Shown: positions 38,809-49,528, numbered from the stretch's first letter. The stretch: 64,000 bases of DNA from Sedimentisphaerales bacterium (GCA_028281535.1 JANQJS010000022.1:127004-191003); one strand, 5' to 3'. The notes: a model not told the origin generated them from the sequence alone. Made by a program: numbers and translations.

Positions 38809-38836
38809 ATTATAGTTGGATTAGCGTTTATGTCAA
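38809..38836 (-). promoter_or_regulatory. Consensus sigma70 promoter for the MFS/epimerase operon
   Basis: Minus strand TTGACA (38836-38831), 16 nt, TATAAT (38814-38809). Confidence 0.7.
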
Positions 38837-38875
38837 GAAATCATATAAAACGATTATCGGGCCTACTTTCTATAC

Positions 38876-41800
38876 TTAATTGTCAGGAATATGATGAATG
38901 GTTAAACAAATTGACTCATTATATTCGGTTCCATCTATTCCTTTCAGGTTCGACAGATCTATTTGCATTTGCTGGACAGGCTGAATCTCTGGAATTTTGA
39001 TAAATAATGTTTTCCGATCATCTTTGAGCAAAACAGATTCCACGTAAACTTGATCATGACCCTCTCGATCAGGGTCGCTGATTTTCATCTCAGGTGAGCC
39101 ATACTCAGGCGTCCGTTGATATTGCCATTGCTCTATGGAATAGCTCTCAATATTTTCAGCCGATTCTTTATCAAGTTCAAAACTAAAAATTAACTCAATC
39201 CCACCAGCGACGACATTGGTCTGCAGCACGTTATAAAATGGTTTTCCGGTGTAACGAACTCGCTGGAGACATCCTTCTTTTTTTGCATTGCCATGATCCC
39301 AACCAGTCAGTCCAACCACATAGACTTGACCATCATATGGATTTTGTCGAACCCGCATAAGTCCTGAATCAAAATCCAATGGCAACTGAATTAATGAAGC
39401 TTGCGTAACTCCTGCAACATCTTGCATCATTAAATAATACATTCGCCTTTGTGTAAATACGGTATGAAGCACATGATGATTCAATGGCCCCCATCTCTCA
39501 TCATCAATCCAGAGCTGGCTGGCACTGGACATATCCCAACTATAAGGAATCCATAGCATCGGTTGTTGATATGACGTTGGCATAGACAAACTTTCAACAT
39601 CTAGCTTACCCCCATCCGGTGCCCAATCGTCACTTTCAGTGCTGTACCAAAAACCATAATAGGCATCTTTTTTCAGAACACTGATTTTAGACGATGGCAC
39701 CCATTGGCCCTGGTTATCTGTAATGAAAATTTTCCCAGGCGCCGACCCCATACCATTAGGCGTTCTCAAACCCGTTGCCCACACAACCCCTTCTTTGCCA
39801 TCAGGTGAAATCCGCATAACTGAGCCAGGCAACTTATAATCAGTATACATCCCTGATTTAGAATAATACAAATACCCTTCTTCATCTGTCACCAAATCGA
39901 AACAATAAGCATGAAAATAAGTCGACACATCTGGATCGGCAAAGAAACTTTCATAAAAATCGGCCTCACCATCTTGATTGTAATCATGTAAACGTACAAT
40001 GCGATCTCGACAGGTAACATAAATTTGATCATTAATCACTTTAAGCCCCATCGGCTCAAACAACCCCGCAGCAAAACGTTTCCACACCACTTTCTCAAGT
40101 TTGTCATCAATACCAGAGACAATCCAGACATCACCACCATAAGTACTCACGGCACATCGACCATCAGAAAAGAAATCCAAGGCACTGGTTCGCATCCATG
40201 CCCCATAGGGGTTTTGCTCGGGTAACTCAATTGTATCAACAACGTAAGGTTGATGACTCTGGCTTACTTGCCCTTTCGTGAAAACAACTTCTGGCCATCT
40301 AAGCGGACCACCTTGAGTCATTGCTTGCAAGCTGGACATACTTTTTATCTGAAGATTATGAAATTGTTCACTAGCATATTTTGCAAAAGTATCCAGAGCA
40401 TTACTGCCCAAGCCAGCTGTTTGATAGAGAAAAATGGATATTCTATTCTTCGTCGCCGGAATATGTAGTAGCAAACGATGCTGATCATCGATTTCCAATG
40501 TTGCACTAGGACGAGCACCAACTAACGCGGCAGTCACAAACTGCTGTATCATACCGGTCGACATATCCAACCCAGCAGATACCACCATATTATTGTAATC
40601 GTATCCATTATTTGCGAGCGCTGAACCATCCTGTACAATCATAGGACCATAATAGTCAGGAGCAACCCCCTCGAGCTTAGCAACACAAAGGGTTAGTGGC
40701 TGATCGCCGGCTTCAATTTCCATACGATGAGAAAGAATGTAATGCCCATCGACTTGAGATACAGAAGGTGTTGCTAATACATTTCTTCCCAGCACATCAT
40801 AATTAAGAATCAATCGATCACTATTTACATGGTAACCATGATAATCCAGCCATTCTTTTTTTAAAGGGGATCTGGGAGGAAGATCTTGTTTAATGTCATC
40901 ATAGGTTTCTGAATAAATCCAATGCCAATGATTCATTCCTTTCAGAATAATACCATCAGGACTTGGCGTCCCCTCGCCTCGCAATTTGTAATGCTGCGTC
41001 TCAAAGAGATTCAAAAAGCCCCCATACCACATATCTGCAATTTCCATACGATGCAGATCATAACAAATAGTAACATCATCATTTAATTTTACAGTTAATG
41101 CGCTGCTGACACGATTTTCCAATTGGCTGGCCAGAGCCAGCCCAAAATCACGCTTAATTTCTCTCTCTTTAATTTGCCCTTTTCTAATATTTACTTTGGG
41201 CAGAGAATCAAGATATTCCTGATCTACTTTCGTATATTGTGAAGGATTAGATTCCTTAAAAAACTCCTCCCGCATAAAATGTATAATATCATACCGCTGA
41301 GAATCATCGAGAAAAAGCTGCGGTGCCATATTGTTGAAACCATCTGTTAAGGTCCGAAATAAACGATATGGATCTGAACCATTTTTTAAGATATCTTTGC
41401 GAAATGTTTTAGCAGCCAGGTTTGTTGCTTTATATCCTGTTACACCATGACAACGAGCACAATTTTTTTGATAAAGCGTATTCCCGCGACGCAAAGATTC
41501 TGCATTCCATCTTGAAATAATTCCAGCATGATCGACTGAATTTAATATGACTTTTTGATCTTCTGGTAAAAATAATTCTTTGACAAATTCGATTCCCTCA
41601 GGATTATTTTCACAAAATGGCTTACTTTGATCAATGGCCTCTTTCACAATCGACTCCATAGATCGAATCGTTTCTATTAGCGCGTATTCCAAATAATAGT
41701 CCAATGGCTCTTGAATTGCCATTAAAGCAAATTCAGCATTTTCCAGTGAAGGCATATCACTCAAAGCAACAATCATTTCAAGACGAACACGCGGATGTGG

Positions 41801-43501
41801 ATCTGTCATCAACAGCCAAAACCACTTTTGAGGTTTAATCATTTGCGGCATCCAGTCTCGCAACACACGCACACCTGCAGCACGGACGTGATAATTCTTC
41901 GCTTTCAAGACTTTATCAAGCAGCCCTTGATTATACGTATGATGCTGCTGAAAAATCCAAAGTGCTTCCAATAAATATTTTTCATACTGGTCATGCTTTT
42001 GATCTAAACGTGATACCCATGCATGCAACGCTTCAATAACCTGATTTGAATTATGACTACGAAGTTCCCGACGTACAAGATAGCGTGTTCGATCTTCATA
42101 AACTTTCAATAACTCCAGAAGAGTTTCGATAGATTGCCCAGCAATATCAGGTTTCTTAAGTAGTGGTTTATGCTTATAAGTGACACGCCAGACACGACCA
42201 TGAGAATGATCCCGACGAGGATCACGCAATGAATATTGCATATGACCAATGATTGGATTATACCAATCCAAAATGTACAATGCCCCATCAGGACCAAACT
42301 TAACATCCACTGGCCGAAAATTCTCATCTGTTGAATACACCAGTGGCTCAAGTTCCTCTGAAGTGTAACCTGATCCTTCTTCAATACGTCGATGTTGTTT
42401 AACCCCATGAAAATCAATAGAATTTGTAATAAGGAAATCCCCTTGAGCTTCGTCTGGAAAATGGCGACTGCTCACAATTTCGCAACCACCTGTTGGACGC
42501 ACATAAGAAGTAAAACTTTCAATGGGTAGATGCTGCCTGGGAAACGGTAAACGACCTGCCATAGGTGCAGCAAAATAATTGGCACCATCAGAAGCATCCG
42601 CAATAAAATTCTGCCCCCACTGATCAAACACATGCCCCCAAGGGTTGTGAAAATGATACGAAATATAGACCTTTAATTTATGACTGATAGGATCATACCG
42701 ATATACCGCACCATCTTTAGCTCGAACATTGCCATAGGGTGTTTCCACTTGAGTACGAAGGAAACGACCTTCCTGCATATAAAGTCCACCACCAGGCCCC
42801 CAGGTAAATGCCGAAATGGCATGATGACTATCCTCAGTACCAAATCCATGCAATAGGTATTCACGCTGATCCGCTTTGTCATCACCATCAGTATCTTTTA
42901 AAAATACAAGATTAGGTTGTTGCGCGACATAAACGCCTCCATCCCCTAATTCAAATCCTGTCGGCAAATGTAAATCATCTGCAAAGACAATATGATGATC
43001 TGCCTGACCATCCAGATTCTTATCTTCCAGAATAACGATCTTGTCTTTAAAAGGCTCACCTGGTTTATTTTGCGGATAGGAGGGCATGGTCGAAACCCAA
43101 AGCCGACCTTGTGCATCAAACGTCATGGCACAAGGATTACCAATGCCCATTTCCTCAGATGCATATAAATTAATTTCGTACCCGTCGGCCAATTTAAAAA
43201 ACGTTAATGCCTCTTTTGGATCATGGGTTAAAGTACTAATGACCAATTCATCATCGGGACCATCGTATTCATCGTCTTCAATATCCTCATCCCTGAATCC
43301 TTCGCCATCATATTCTTGAACATCATCATCTTCTTCGTCTTCGTCGTCATCCCCTTCATCCTCATAATCCATATCATCCTCATGTTCTTGTGCAATCAAC
43401 ATGTAATTTTGCCATACTGCTAATGGATTGAGATTAAAACCAATAAAAAGAAAGGAGAACAAGATCAACCAAACAATAATACGCTTACTCATATAATGCA
43501 T
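38876..43501 (-). CDS. PVC-type heme-binding membrane-associated dehydrogenase-like protein (propeller, HEAT-like helices, cytochrome c, second propeller)
   Basis: N-terminal anchor, 'GRLWV..YP', 'LEDKNLDGQAD', 'DSHH', 'NPWG', 'RPVDVKFGPDGALYILDW', CxxCH (CARCH), second propeller 'GLRTPNG..DNQGQW'. Confidence 0.75.
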   Translation of the reverse strand: MHYMSKRIIVWLILFSFLFIGFNLNPLAVWQNYMLIAQEHEDDMDYEDEGDDDEDEEDDDVQEYDGEGFRDEDIEDDEYDGPDDELVISTLTHDPKEALTFFKLADGYEINLYASEEMGIGNPCAMTFDAQGRLWVSTMPSYPQNKPGEPFKDKIVILEDKNLDGQADHHIVFADDLHLPTGFELGDGGVYVAQQPNLVFLKDTDGDDKADQREYLLHGFGTEDSHHAISAFTWGPGGGLYMQEGRFLRTQVETPYGNVRAKDGAVYRYDPISHKLKVYISYHFHNPWGHVFDQWGQNFIADASDGANYFAAPMAGRLPFPRQHLPIESFTSYVRPTGGCEIVSSRHFPDEAQGDFLITNSIDFHGVKQHRRIEEGSGYTSEELEPLVYSTDENFRPVDVKFGPDGALYILDWYNPIIGHMQYSLRDPRRDHSHGRVWRVTYKHKPLLKKPDIAGQSIETLLELLKVYEDRTRYLVRRELRSHNSNQVIEALHAWVSRLDQKHDQYEKYLLEALWIFQQHHTYNQGLLDKVLKAKNYHVRAAGVRVLRDWMPQMIKPQKWFWLLMTDPHPRVRLEMIVALSDMPSLENAEFALMAIQEPLDYYLEYALIETIRSMESIVKEAIDQSKPFCENNPEGIEFVKELFLPEDQKVILNSVDHAGIISRWNAESLRRGNTLYQKNCARCHGVTGYKATNLAAKTFRKDILKNGSDPYRLFRTLTDGFNNMAPQLFLDDSQRYDIIHFMREEFFKESNPSQYTKVDQEYLDSLPKVNIRKGQIKEREIKRDFGLALASQLENRVSSALTVKLNDDVTICYDLHRMEIADMWYGGFLNLFETQHYKLRGEGTPSPDGIILKGMNHWHWIYSETYDDIKQDLPPRSPLKKEWLDYHGYHVNSDRLILNYDVLGRNVLATPSVSQVDGHYILSHRMEIEAGDQPLTLCVAKLEGVAPDYYGPMIVQDGSALANNGYDYNNMVVSAGLDMSTGMIQQFVTAALVGARPSATLEIDDQHRLLLHIPATKNRISIFLYQTAGLGSNALDTFAKYASEQFHNLQIKSMSSLQAMTQGGPLRWPEVVFTKGQVSQSHQPYVVDTIELPEQNPYGAWMRTSALDFFSDGRCAVSTYGGDVWIVSGIDDKLEKVVWKRFAAGLFEPMGLKVINDQIYVTCRDRIVRLHDYNQDGEADFYESFFADPDVSTYFHAYCFDLVTDEEGYLYYSKSGMYTDYKLPGSVMRISPDGKEGVVWATGLRTPNGMGSAPGKIFITDNQGQWVPSSKISVLKKDAYYGFWYSTESDDWAPDGGKLDVESLSMPTSYQQPMLWIPYSWDMSSASQLWIDDERWGPLNHHVLHTVFTQRRMYYLMMQDVAGVTQASLIQLPLDFDSGLMRVRQNPYDGQVYVVGLTGWDHGNAKKEGCLQRVRYTGKPFYNVLQTNVVAGGIELIFSFELDKESAENIESYSIEQWQYQRTPEYGSPEMKISDPDREGHDQVYVESVLLKDDRKTLFIKIPEIQPVQQMQIDLSNLKGIDGTEYNESICLTIHHIPDN

Positions 43502-43534
43502 CTCATATAGATATAAATCATGTCACAAAGATAT

Positions 43535-44512
43535 TTATTTTCCATTTTTTAATAATTGCCATATTTCTTGATCATAACGAGTGACCATCTGATCATATGC
43601 TTTCATTTCAGATGGAAATGTAATAACGCCATAAGGTTTTTTCCGGCGACCATATATATACTCACCATTAACGGCACGCCAGCGAAGAAAAAAGGTCTCA
43701 TTTTTTTTCAGAATGCGTTGGTAAGATTGTTTTTCTTTAATGACCATTTTGTCAGTCAACGCTACCTTACTACTGCCATGGCCTAATGATTCCATCATCC
43801 ATTGAGCCGCTAAATATGCGCCAGCATCGTTAAGATGAATACCATTTATGGTAGCTTTGTCTCCAGACGACTGTAACATATAATTCTTAGATGGATGATA
43901 AAGATCAATAAACCTAATCTTCATATTCTTTGCTACACGTCGCATTTCTTCTGTGATGTCAAGTAATTGAAGATTATGAAGTTTATTGATAGATGTTTCT
44001 TGGCCTAGGGTTTCATGAAAGATAGGGGATATTAAAACAATCTTTGGTATATTATTATCACTAGATTGTAATATTGTCTTGATCGATTGAAGATACGACG
44101 TCAAGTTTTCCCCAAACATTTTCACATCATACCCTTTAGACAAATCATAAGAATCACTCATACCAAAACAAGCAAAGATAACATCGGGCTGAACCCACTC
44201 CAATTGCTGGTTCCTTGATCCAAAACGAAATGGTCGCAGTTGAGTTCCCAAAGTATCTCCACTCCAACCCATATGCCGAATTGACAAATTTAAGTCTTGG
44301 AATTTTGAACAAAGCATCCATTCAAAATAAGGGGAATACTGCAAACGCTCAGCAAAAGTATTGCCAATAAAGAGTATGCGATCATCTTTCTCAAACAGTG
44401 GTTGTTTACTATCTGCAGAGACTGGACCCCATTGAGTGAAAATAATTAATAAAAATCCAAATACAAGCCTATTTTGAACATGACGTAAATACATCGCAAA
44501 AGAAACCTCCAT
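43535..44512 (-). CDS. SGNH/GDSL-like protein with non-canonical active site
   Basis: 'ILFIGNTFAER', 'MGWSGDT', 'FGMSD', 'NGIHLND' SGNH blocks. Confidence 0.7.
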   Translation of the reverse strand: MEVSFAMYLRHVQNRLVFGFLLIIFTQWGPVSADSKQPLFEKDDRILFIGNTFAERLQYSPYFEWMLCSKFQDLNLSIRHMGWSGDTLGTQLRPFRFGSRNQQLEWVQPDVIFACFGMSDSYDLSKGYDVKMFGENLTSYLQSIKTILQSSDNNIPKIVLISPIFHETLGQETSINKLHNLQLLDITEEMRRVAKNMKIRFIDLYHPSKNYMLQSSGDKATINGIHLNDAGAYLAAQWMMESLGHGSSKVALTDKMVIKEKQSYQRILKKNETFFLRWRAVNGEYIYGRRKKPYGVITFPSEMKAYDQMVTRYDQEIWQLLKNGK

Positions 44513-44570
44513 ACGTTGATGAATCTAATGTCAATGTGGATTTTGGGGTTGGCAAATAGTTCAACAGTGC

Positions 44571-44598
44571 ATTATAGGCACGTTTACAACTTTGTCAA
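44571..44598 (-). promoter_or_regulatory. Consensus sigma70 promoter for the SGNH/dehydrogenase pair
   Basis: Minus strand TTGACA (44598-44593), 16 nt, TATAAT (44576-44571). Confidence 0.7.
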
Positions 44599-44631
44599 TC
44601 ATTAAGAAAAATACATCTACGGATATATTAT

Positions 44632-46089
44632 TTATTCATTGACTGTTGTAACAGGTACGTAAAGTTGTATTTTTGTCCCTTGCCCTATCACGGAATGAAT
44701 CGATATCTTTCCGCCAATATAGGTCAATCTCTCACGAATGTTAAATAGGCCATAACCACTATTGGTATAATCTGATTTAATTGAATCGCTATCAAACCCA
44801 ACACCATAATCTTCAACGGTTAATTTAAGTTGATCATCAACAGTCTGGATCGTCACGTTTACTTTTTTAGATTTTGCATGCTTAACAATGTTAAATAACA
44901 GCTCACGCGTGGACTGAAATAATAACACTGCAACATCATCTTCGAGAACATGTTCTAGGTGCCCATCCTCATAAGTATAATCCAAACCATAGTCCGCTTT
45001 ATTTTTGTTGAGCAACCATTGAATAGCTGCCTCTAAACCCAACTCATAAAGAACAGGAGGGCTAATTTCAAGCGTCAGTGAACGAGTAAATTCTATAGCA
45101 CCATCTAAATGCTCACGTATTTCCTGTAATTTTTCTCGATCAAATGCACGACTATCTTTTTGTAATTCATTAAGTTTGATATTTGCAGAGACCAACAAGG
45201 CCCCCAACTCATCATGCAAACCCGACGCAATATTTCGACGCTGTCGTTCTTCAGCCAATGATAATTCAGAGGTCAACTGACGCAATTTCATTTGCTGCTG
45301 TTTGATTTCATTTTCCGCTTTACTGCGTTCAAATACTTCCAACGTTAAATTTTCAAAGGTACCCTGCAATACAGCCATCATCGAATTTACTTGTTGCTGT
45401 AATACAGATAATTCATCCTGCGAACGAATAGGTGAAATCATAACAGTATAATCGTTCTTTTCGATACGCTCGAGTGCCGTTTTTGTTTTGGCAATTCGAT
45501 TAATCACTAAAAATCTAAAGACATAAATCAGCATAAGCGTTGTTAATAATATAGCCGCCAGGGACCCCAATACAAAAAGTTGAACAATTTGTTGTTTATC
45601 AGTAGCAGCTTGATCCGTATTGACTCGCACATAAATATATTCAACAGGGGTAACACCATCCCATGACAATTTGGGAACCACACTAAGTAGTTGCTTTTCT
45701 TTGGAATCAGCCATTTCAACCATGAATATTTCATTGGAACTATGGCTAAACCACTCAGGATTAATATTATTAAGCTCTTTAATGTGTTTACCTTGATTGG
45801 CAGGATTGAGAGCTGTTAATATATTTAAATTTCTATCTAGTACAAACGCATCAACCAGATCCTGACCAATCAACGTACTGATCATCCTTCGATCTGTTAA
45901 CGCATCACGCTCAAGAATACCGCTGGAAATCAGTTTACCAGGAATTTCAGCATTCACCCGCAACTTAGAGTCAATTTCCTGATGAAACCTTTTGATATAA
46001 AATAAACCGATGCCACATAAAATAGCAATTTCAACCGCAAGAATTGTTGCACTAATTTTAAATGTTAAGCTTGTAAATAATTTTTTCAC
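44632..46089 (-). CDS. Membrane sensor histidine kinase (HAMP, HisKA_3, HATPase)
   Basis: Two TMs, HAMP 'QDELSVL', H-box 'ERQRRNIASGLHDE', 'ELLFNIVKHA', 'DYGVGF', 'GYGLFNIRERL'. Confidence 0.9.
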   Translation of the reverse strand: MKKLFTSLTFKISATILAVEIAILCGIGLFYIKRFHQEIDSKLRVNAEIPGKLISSGILERDALTDRRMISTLIGQDLVDAFVLDRNLNILTALNPANQGKHIKELNNINPEWFSHSSNEIFMVEMADSKEKQLLSVVPKLSWDGVTPVEYIYVRVNTDQAATDKQQIVQLFVLGSLAAILLTTLMLIYVFRFLVINRIAKTKTALERIEKNDYTVMISPIRSQDELSVLQQQVNSMMAVLQGTFENLTLEVFERSKAENEIKQQQMKLRQLTSELSLAEERQRRNIASGLHDELGALLVSANIKLNELQKDSRAFDREKLQEIREHLDGAIEFTRSLTLEISPPVLYELGLEAAIQWLLNKNKADYGLDYTYEDGHLEHVLEDDVAVLLFQSTRELLFNIVKHAKSKKVNVTIQTVDDQLKLTVEDYGVGFDSDSIKSDYTNSGYGLFNIRERLTYIGGKISIHSVIGQGTKIQLYVPVTTVNE

Positions 46090-46105
46090 AATAAGTCCCA
46101 GGATA

Positions 46106-47599
46106 TTAAGGATAAAGCCCGTAAGGCTTCAACCATTCATCTACATAAATCCGCCAATATTTCAACTGATTTTCTCTGCCATATATATTTGTAATGGCCT
46201 CAAATTCTTCCACCATTTTTTCCAGAGCCTCTTCATTGGACAATTCTCCATGCCAAGCCATACTGATCCAATGCTCCATCGCATCCTGATATTCTCCCAC
46301 ATCCAGAATCTGTGTATCAGGGTACCCTTGTGTAGCAGAGTCCAATATAGTATCAATGTATCTTTGTTTTAGATGAGGTTGATTATCACATATTCCACTT
46401 AAATTGTTAGGGTCAAAATGACTTTCCAGCCAAGGGTCTAACCAACCTTGCTTATCACTGATCAAAAAACGCGAAACATCTAGCTGACTAAAATAAACTA
46501 ATACTTTGTAAGCCAACTCTTTATAAGGAGTCGTTTTTCGTACAACTATGGAACGTCCACTTAACAAACTACGACGCTCTATCTCATGTTGATCATTCAA
46601 TCGTCCGGGGATCATTGCAACATCAATTTTTCCTGCTAATGCTGAAGTATCTGGGTTGTTACCAATGCGCCAAGCATCAGGCCAAAAAGGCACCATAAAA
46701 ACCCTTTGCTTGCCCCAAAGCTCATCAAATACGTCATCACCCACAAAATCTTTCGCACCGGGTGGCGATAAATCAGATACCGTTTTCTTTCCATGCTTTA
46801 AAGCTCTCATCGCCAATTCCCGATCAGGAAAAGGCGTTAAATCGTCATAACTAAATAAATGACCACCCATCCCCAAATAACGATCCATAAAAGAACAATA
46901 TGAATAATATGTTGCTAATTCAGCCGTACCGTAAAAGCCTTGATCAGGTCGAGTAAAAAATTCAGCAACATCTAAATATCTCTCCCAGGTTAATTGATCC
47001 ATATCCAGTGCATAGCCATACCGTTGATAAAAAGCGGTTTGTTCTTTTGGGTCATTCGCCAGATCGTAACGATAATTCAATAATTTTATATCGCCATCCA
47101 CGATCGCGCCATAAATGACATTATTATATTGGCCTACAGATTTATACTTCGGCAAAATCTGATCATATTGTAAATCCTTTTCAACTTGCGAGCGACCTCC
47201 AGATGCAACTGTTGATAAATCTAATAAATAAGGCGACAAATCACATAAATGACACGGCGCAGAAATATACAAATCATATTGACTTGATGAACTTACGAGA
47301 TCCAGAAAGATAATTCTAAACTTGTCTTTAAATGGAACAGGGCATATTTCAAGTTGAATCGATAATTTTTTTTCGATATCAGGGACAAAACGCTCGAGTT
47401 TTTTTGGCAACCTGCCATCTTCCAGAAGAAGTCTTAATCTCGGTATAGTCTGACTGTCGTCATCCGATGAAGATCGATTGCTAGATATATCTCGTCTTGG
47501 TAAGTCAGGTGGATCTGATTGTTTTTTTTGAAATAATTTTGCACATATGATTCCCACCACACAGATCATCATTATGAACAATAGATAATTCTTATTCAT
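46106..47599 (-). CDS. Extracellular solute-binding protein (carbohydrate-type cluster)
   Basis: N-terminal membrane anchor, 'DGDIKLLNYRYDL', 'LTWERYLDVAEFFT', C-terminal 'GELSNEEAL'. Confidence 0.75.
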   Translation of the reverse strand: MNKNYLLFIMMICVVGIICAKLFQKKQSDPPDLPRRDISSNRSSSDDDSQTIPRLRLLLEDGRLPKKLERFVPDIEKKLSIQLEICPVPFKDKFRIIFLDLVSSSSQYDLYISAPCHLCDLSPYLLDLSTVASGGRSQVEKDLQYDQILPKYKSVGQYNNVIYGAIVDGDIKLLNYRYDLANDPKEQTAFYQRYGYALDMDQLTWERYLDVAEFFTRPDQGFYGTAELATYYSYCSFMDRYLGMGGHLFSYDDLTPFPDRELAMRALKHGKKTVSDLSPPGAKDFVGDDVFDELWGKQRVFMVPFWPDAWRIGNNPDTSALAGKIDVAMIPGRLNDQHEIERRSLLSGRSIVVRKTTPYKELAYKVLVYFSQLDVSRFLISDKQGWLDPWLESHFDPNNLSGICDNQPHLKQRYIDTILDSATQGYPDTQILDVGEYQDAMEHWISMAWHGELSNEEALEKMVEEFEAITNIYGRENQLKYWRIYVDEWLKPYGLYP

Positions 47600-47636
47600 C
47601 TATTACACCAATCCCATACTATAGCGACAATAAGAA

Positions 47637-49112
47637 TTATGGATATACATTTAAAGGCCGAAGAACATGATCAACAAAGTATCGCCATTCTTTTAATTGC
47701 TGCTCATACCCTCTTTCCTGAATGGTAATATTTAATTCATTAATAATACCATCAACCGCTTCTTCGGCGGTTAGCTCACCTTGCCATGCTTTGCTGGTCC
47801 ATTTTTCAATATCATCATGATAGTCACTAATTCCTGGTATTTGTATTGCTGGATAGCCATGGTCAATAGAGGTCTTGATAACCTCAACATATTTCTGTCG
47901 CAAATATGGTTTTTGCGGACACAAATAATTATATTTTATTTCGTTTAATTGTGACTTACGCCACGGATCCAACCAGCTATTTTTGTTATTGACCAGAAAA
48001 TCAGCTATATCATCCTCAGCAAAAAAGGCCAATACTTTATAAGCAGCAATCTTATGCGAACTATTCTTATTAATCACCAAGGTGCGACAGCCATCGAGAT
48101 TACTACGGAATATATCACCACCATTTTTCATTCCCCTAGGAATTGGGGCGACTGAAATTTGACAATCGAGGTTAGACGTTTTGGGGTTATTCGCAATTCG
48201 CCAGGCATCAGGCCAAAACACCATCATAAAGACGGACTTTTCTATCCATAACTGTTCATAGATATCTTCAACGACAAATGATTTTGCTCCAGGCGGTGAA
48301 TATTTATCAAACGTATCTTTGCCATGCTGCATCGCTTTGATCGCCAGCTCTTTATCAGGAAATGGCGTCATATCTTCATAACTGAACAAATGCCCTCCCA
48401 TACCAAGATACCGATCCATAAAATAAAAATAAGAAAAAAAGGTTGCCAATTCCACTGTTCCATAGAACCCTTGTTCCGGACGCGTAAAAAATTCAGCAAC
48501 ATCCAAATAAGTCTCCCAGGTTAAATGGTCCATTTCAAGAGGATAACCATATCGTTTGAAAAACGCGGCTTTCTCTCTAGGATCATTTGCCAGATCATAT
48601 CGATAATTCAAAAGTTTTACATCGCCATCTATCAACGTTCCATAAATATTACCTCGATATTGCATCCCCCATAAATATGAAGGATGGATATCATCATAAT
48701 TCAGATCGACTTTAACTTGCTCAATCCCACCCGGTGCCACTTCTGCTAAATCCAATAAGTATGGCTGAAAATCTGCGATATAACAAGGCCAAGTCAAATA
48801 GAGATCAAAATCATTGTCCTTTTCCATATCGTTTACCTGGACATACAATTTTTCTTTAAATGGCACGGTATCAATGTGTAGCTCAATATTCAAATCCATC
48901 CGAATTTGTGGCACAAATCGCTCCAGAGTTTGAGAAACACTCCCCTCTTCAACTAACAAACTCAGAAATGTTAACTCTTCCATGGGTTGATATACCCAAT
49001 CATCATCAGCTATATCAGGAATAATGGGAGTTGACCTTGAGCCCCCTTTGTATAATAGCAGAGCGACCACAAGACAACATAATAAAATGATGATCACATT
49101 TGATTTAGACAT
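47637..49112 (-). CDS. Extracellular solute-binding protein, tandem paralog of 46106-47599
   Basis: Shares long near-identical blocks with the neighbour ('LLNYRYDLANDP', 'YLDVAEFFTRP.QGFYGT', 'MDRYLGMGGHLFSY'). Confidence 0.75.
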   Translation of the reverse strand: MSKSNVIIILLCCLVVALLLYKGGSRSTPIIPDIADDDWVYQPMEELTFLSLLVEEGSVSQTLERFVPQIRMDLNIELHIDTVPFKEKLYVQVNDMEKDNDFDLYLTWPCYIADFQPYLLDLAEVAPGGIEQVKVDLNYDDIHPSYLWGMQYRGNIYGTLIDGDVKLLNYRYDLANDPREKAAFFKRYGYPLEMDHLTWETYLDVAEFFTRPEQGFYGTVELATFFSYFYFMDRYLGMGGHLFSYEDMTPFPDKELAIKAMQHGKDTFDKYSPPGAKSFVVEDIYEQLWIEKSVFMMVFWPDAWRIANNPKTSNLDCQISVAPIPRGMKNGGDIFRSNLDGCRTLVINKNSSHKIAAYKVLAFFAEDDIADFLVNNKNSWLDPWRKSQLNEIKYNYLCPQKPYLRQKYVEVIKTSIDHGYPAIQIPGISDYHDDIEKWTSKAWQGELTAEEAVDGIINELNITIQERGYEQQLKEWRYFVDHVLRPLNVYP

Positions 49113-49173
49113 TATTTATTGCCAACAAGAATTCAGAAGACTCAATACCTTCCCAATAGGGTCTTTCGTAATA

Positions 49174-49198
49174 GTTAGCAACAATTGCTGTTGCTAAC
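49174..49198. promoter_or_regulatory. Perfect 10-bp inverted repeat upstream of the SBP-SBP-HK unit (candidate operator)
   Basis: GTTAGCAACA-attgc-TGTTGCTAAC, about 60 bp upstream of ATG 49112. Confidence 0.45.
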
Positions 49199-49425
49199 AA
49201 ACTGTAATTCGAGGGGCTAAAAATACAAAAAGATCAGGAAGCCTTATCGAAAGATACTACACAGCATTACATACACACTTTATATCTTATTTTATCATTT
49301 CGATACAGTCACTTTAATATAATCTAACCCCTTATGATTGTCTATATATATTCAAAGATTTACCCAGAAATTGATACCAAATAACCCTATGATAGGTTTT
49401 CAGTTAGATTCATCATGGAACGAAC

Positions 49426-49453
49426 TTGACATTCATTACCCCTTAAGTAGAAT
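49426..49453 (+). promoter_or_regulatory. Sigma70-type promoter for dprA
   Basis: TTGACA (49426-49431), 16 nt, TAGAAT (49448-49453). Confidence 0.6.
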
Positions 49454-49528
49454 TGTATTTATCTCATGTGTCGAGAAAGTGGGAAAAGATTGTCATGACT
49501 ACTTAACATACATAAATTGTGGTAAAAA

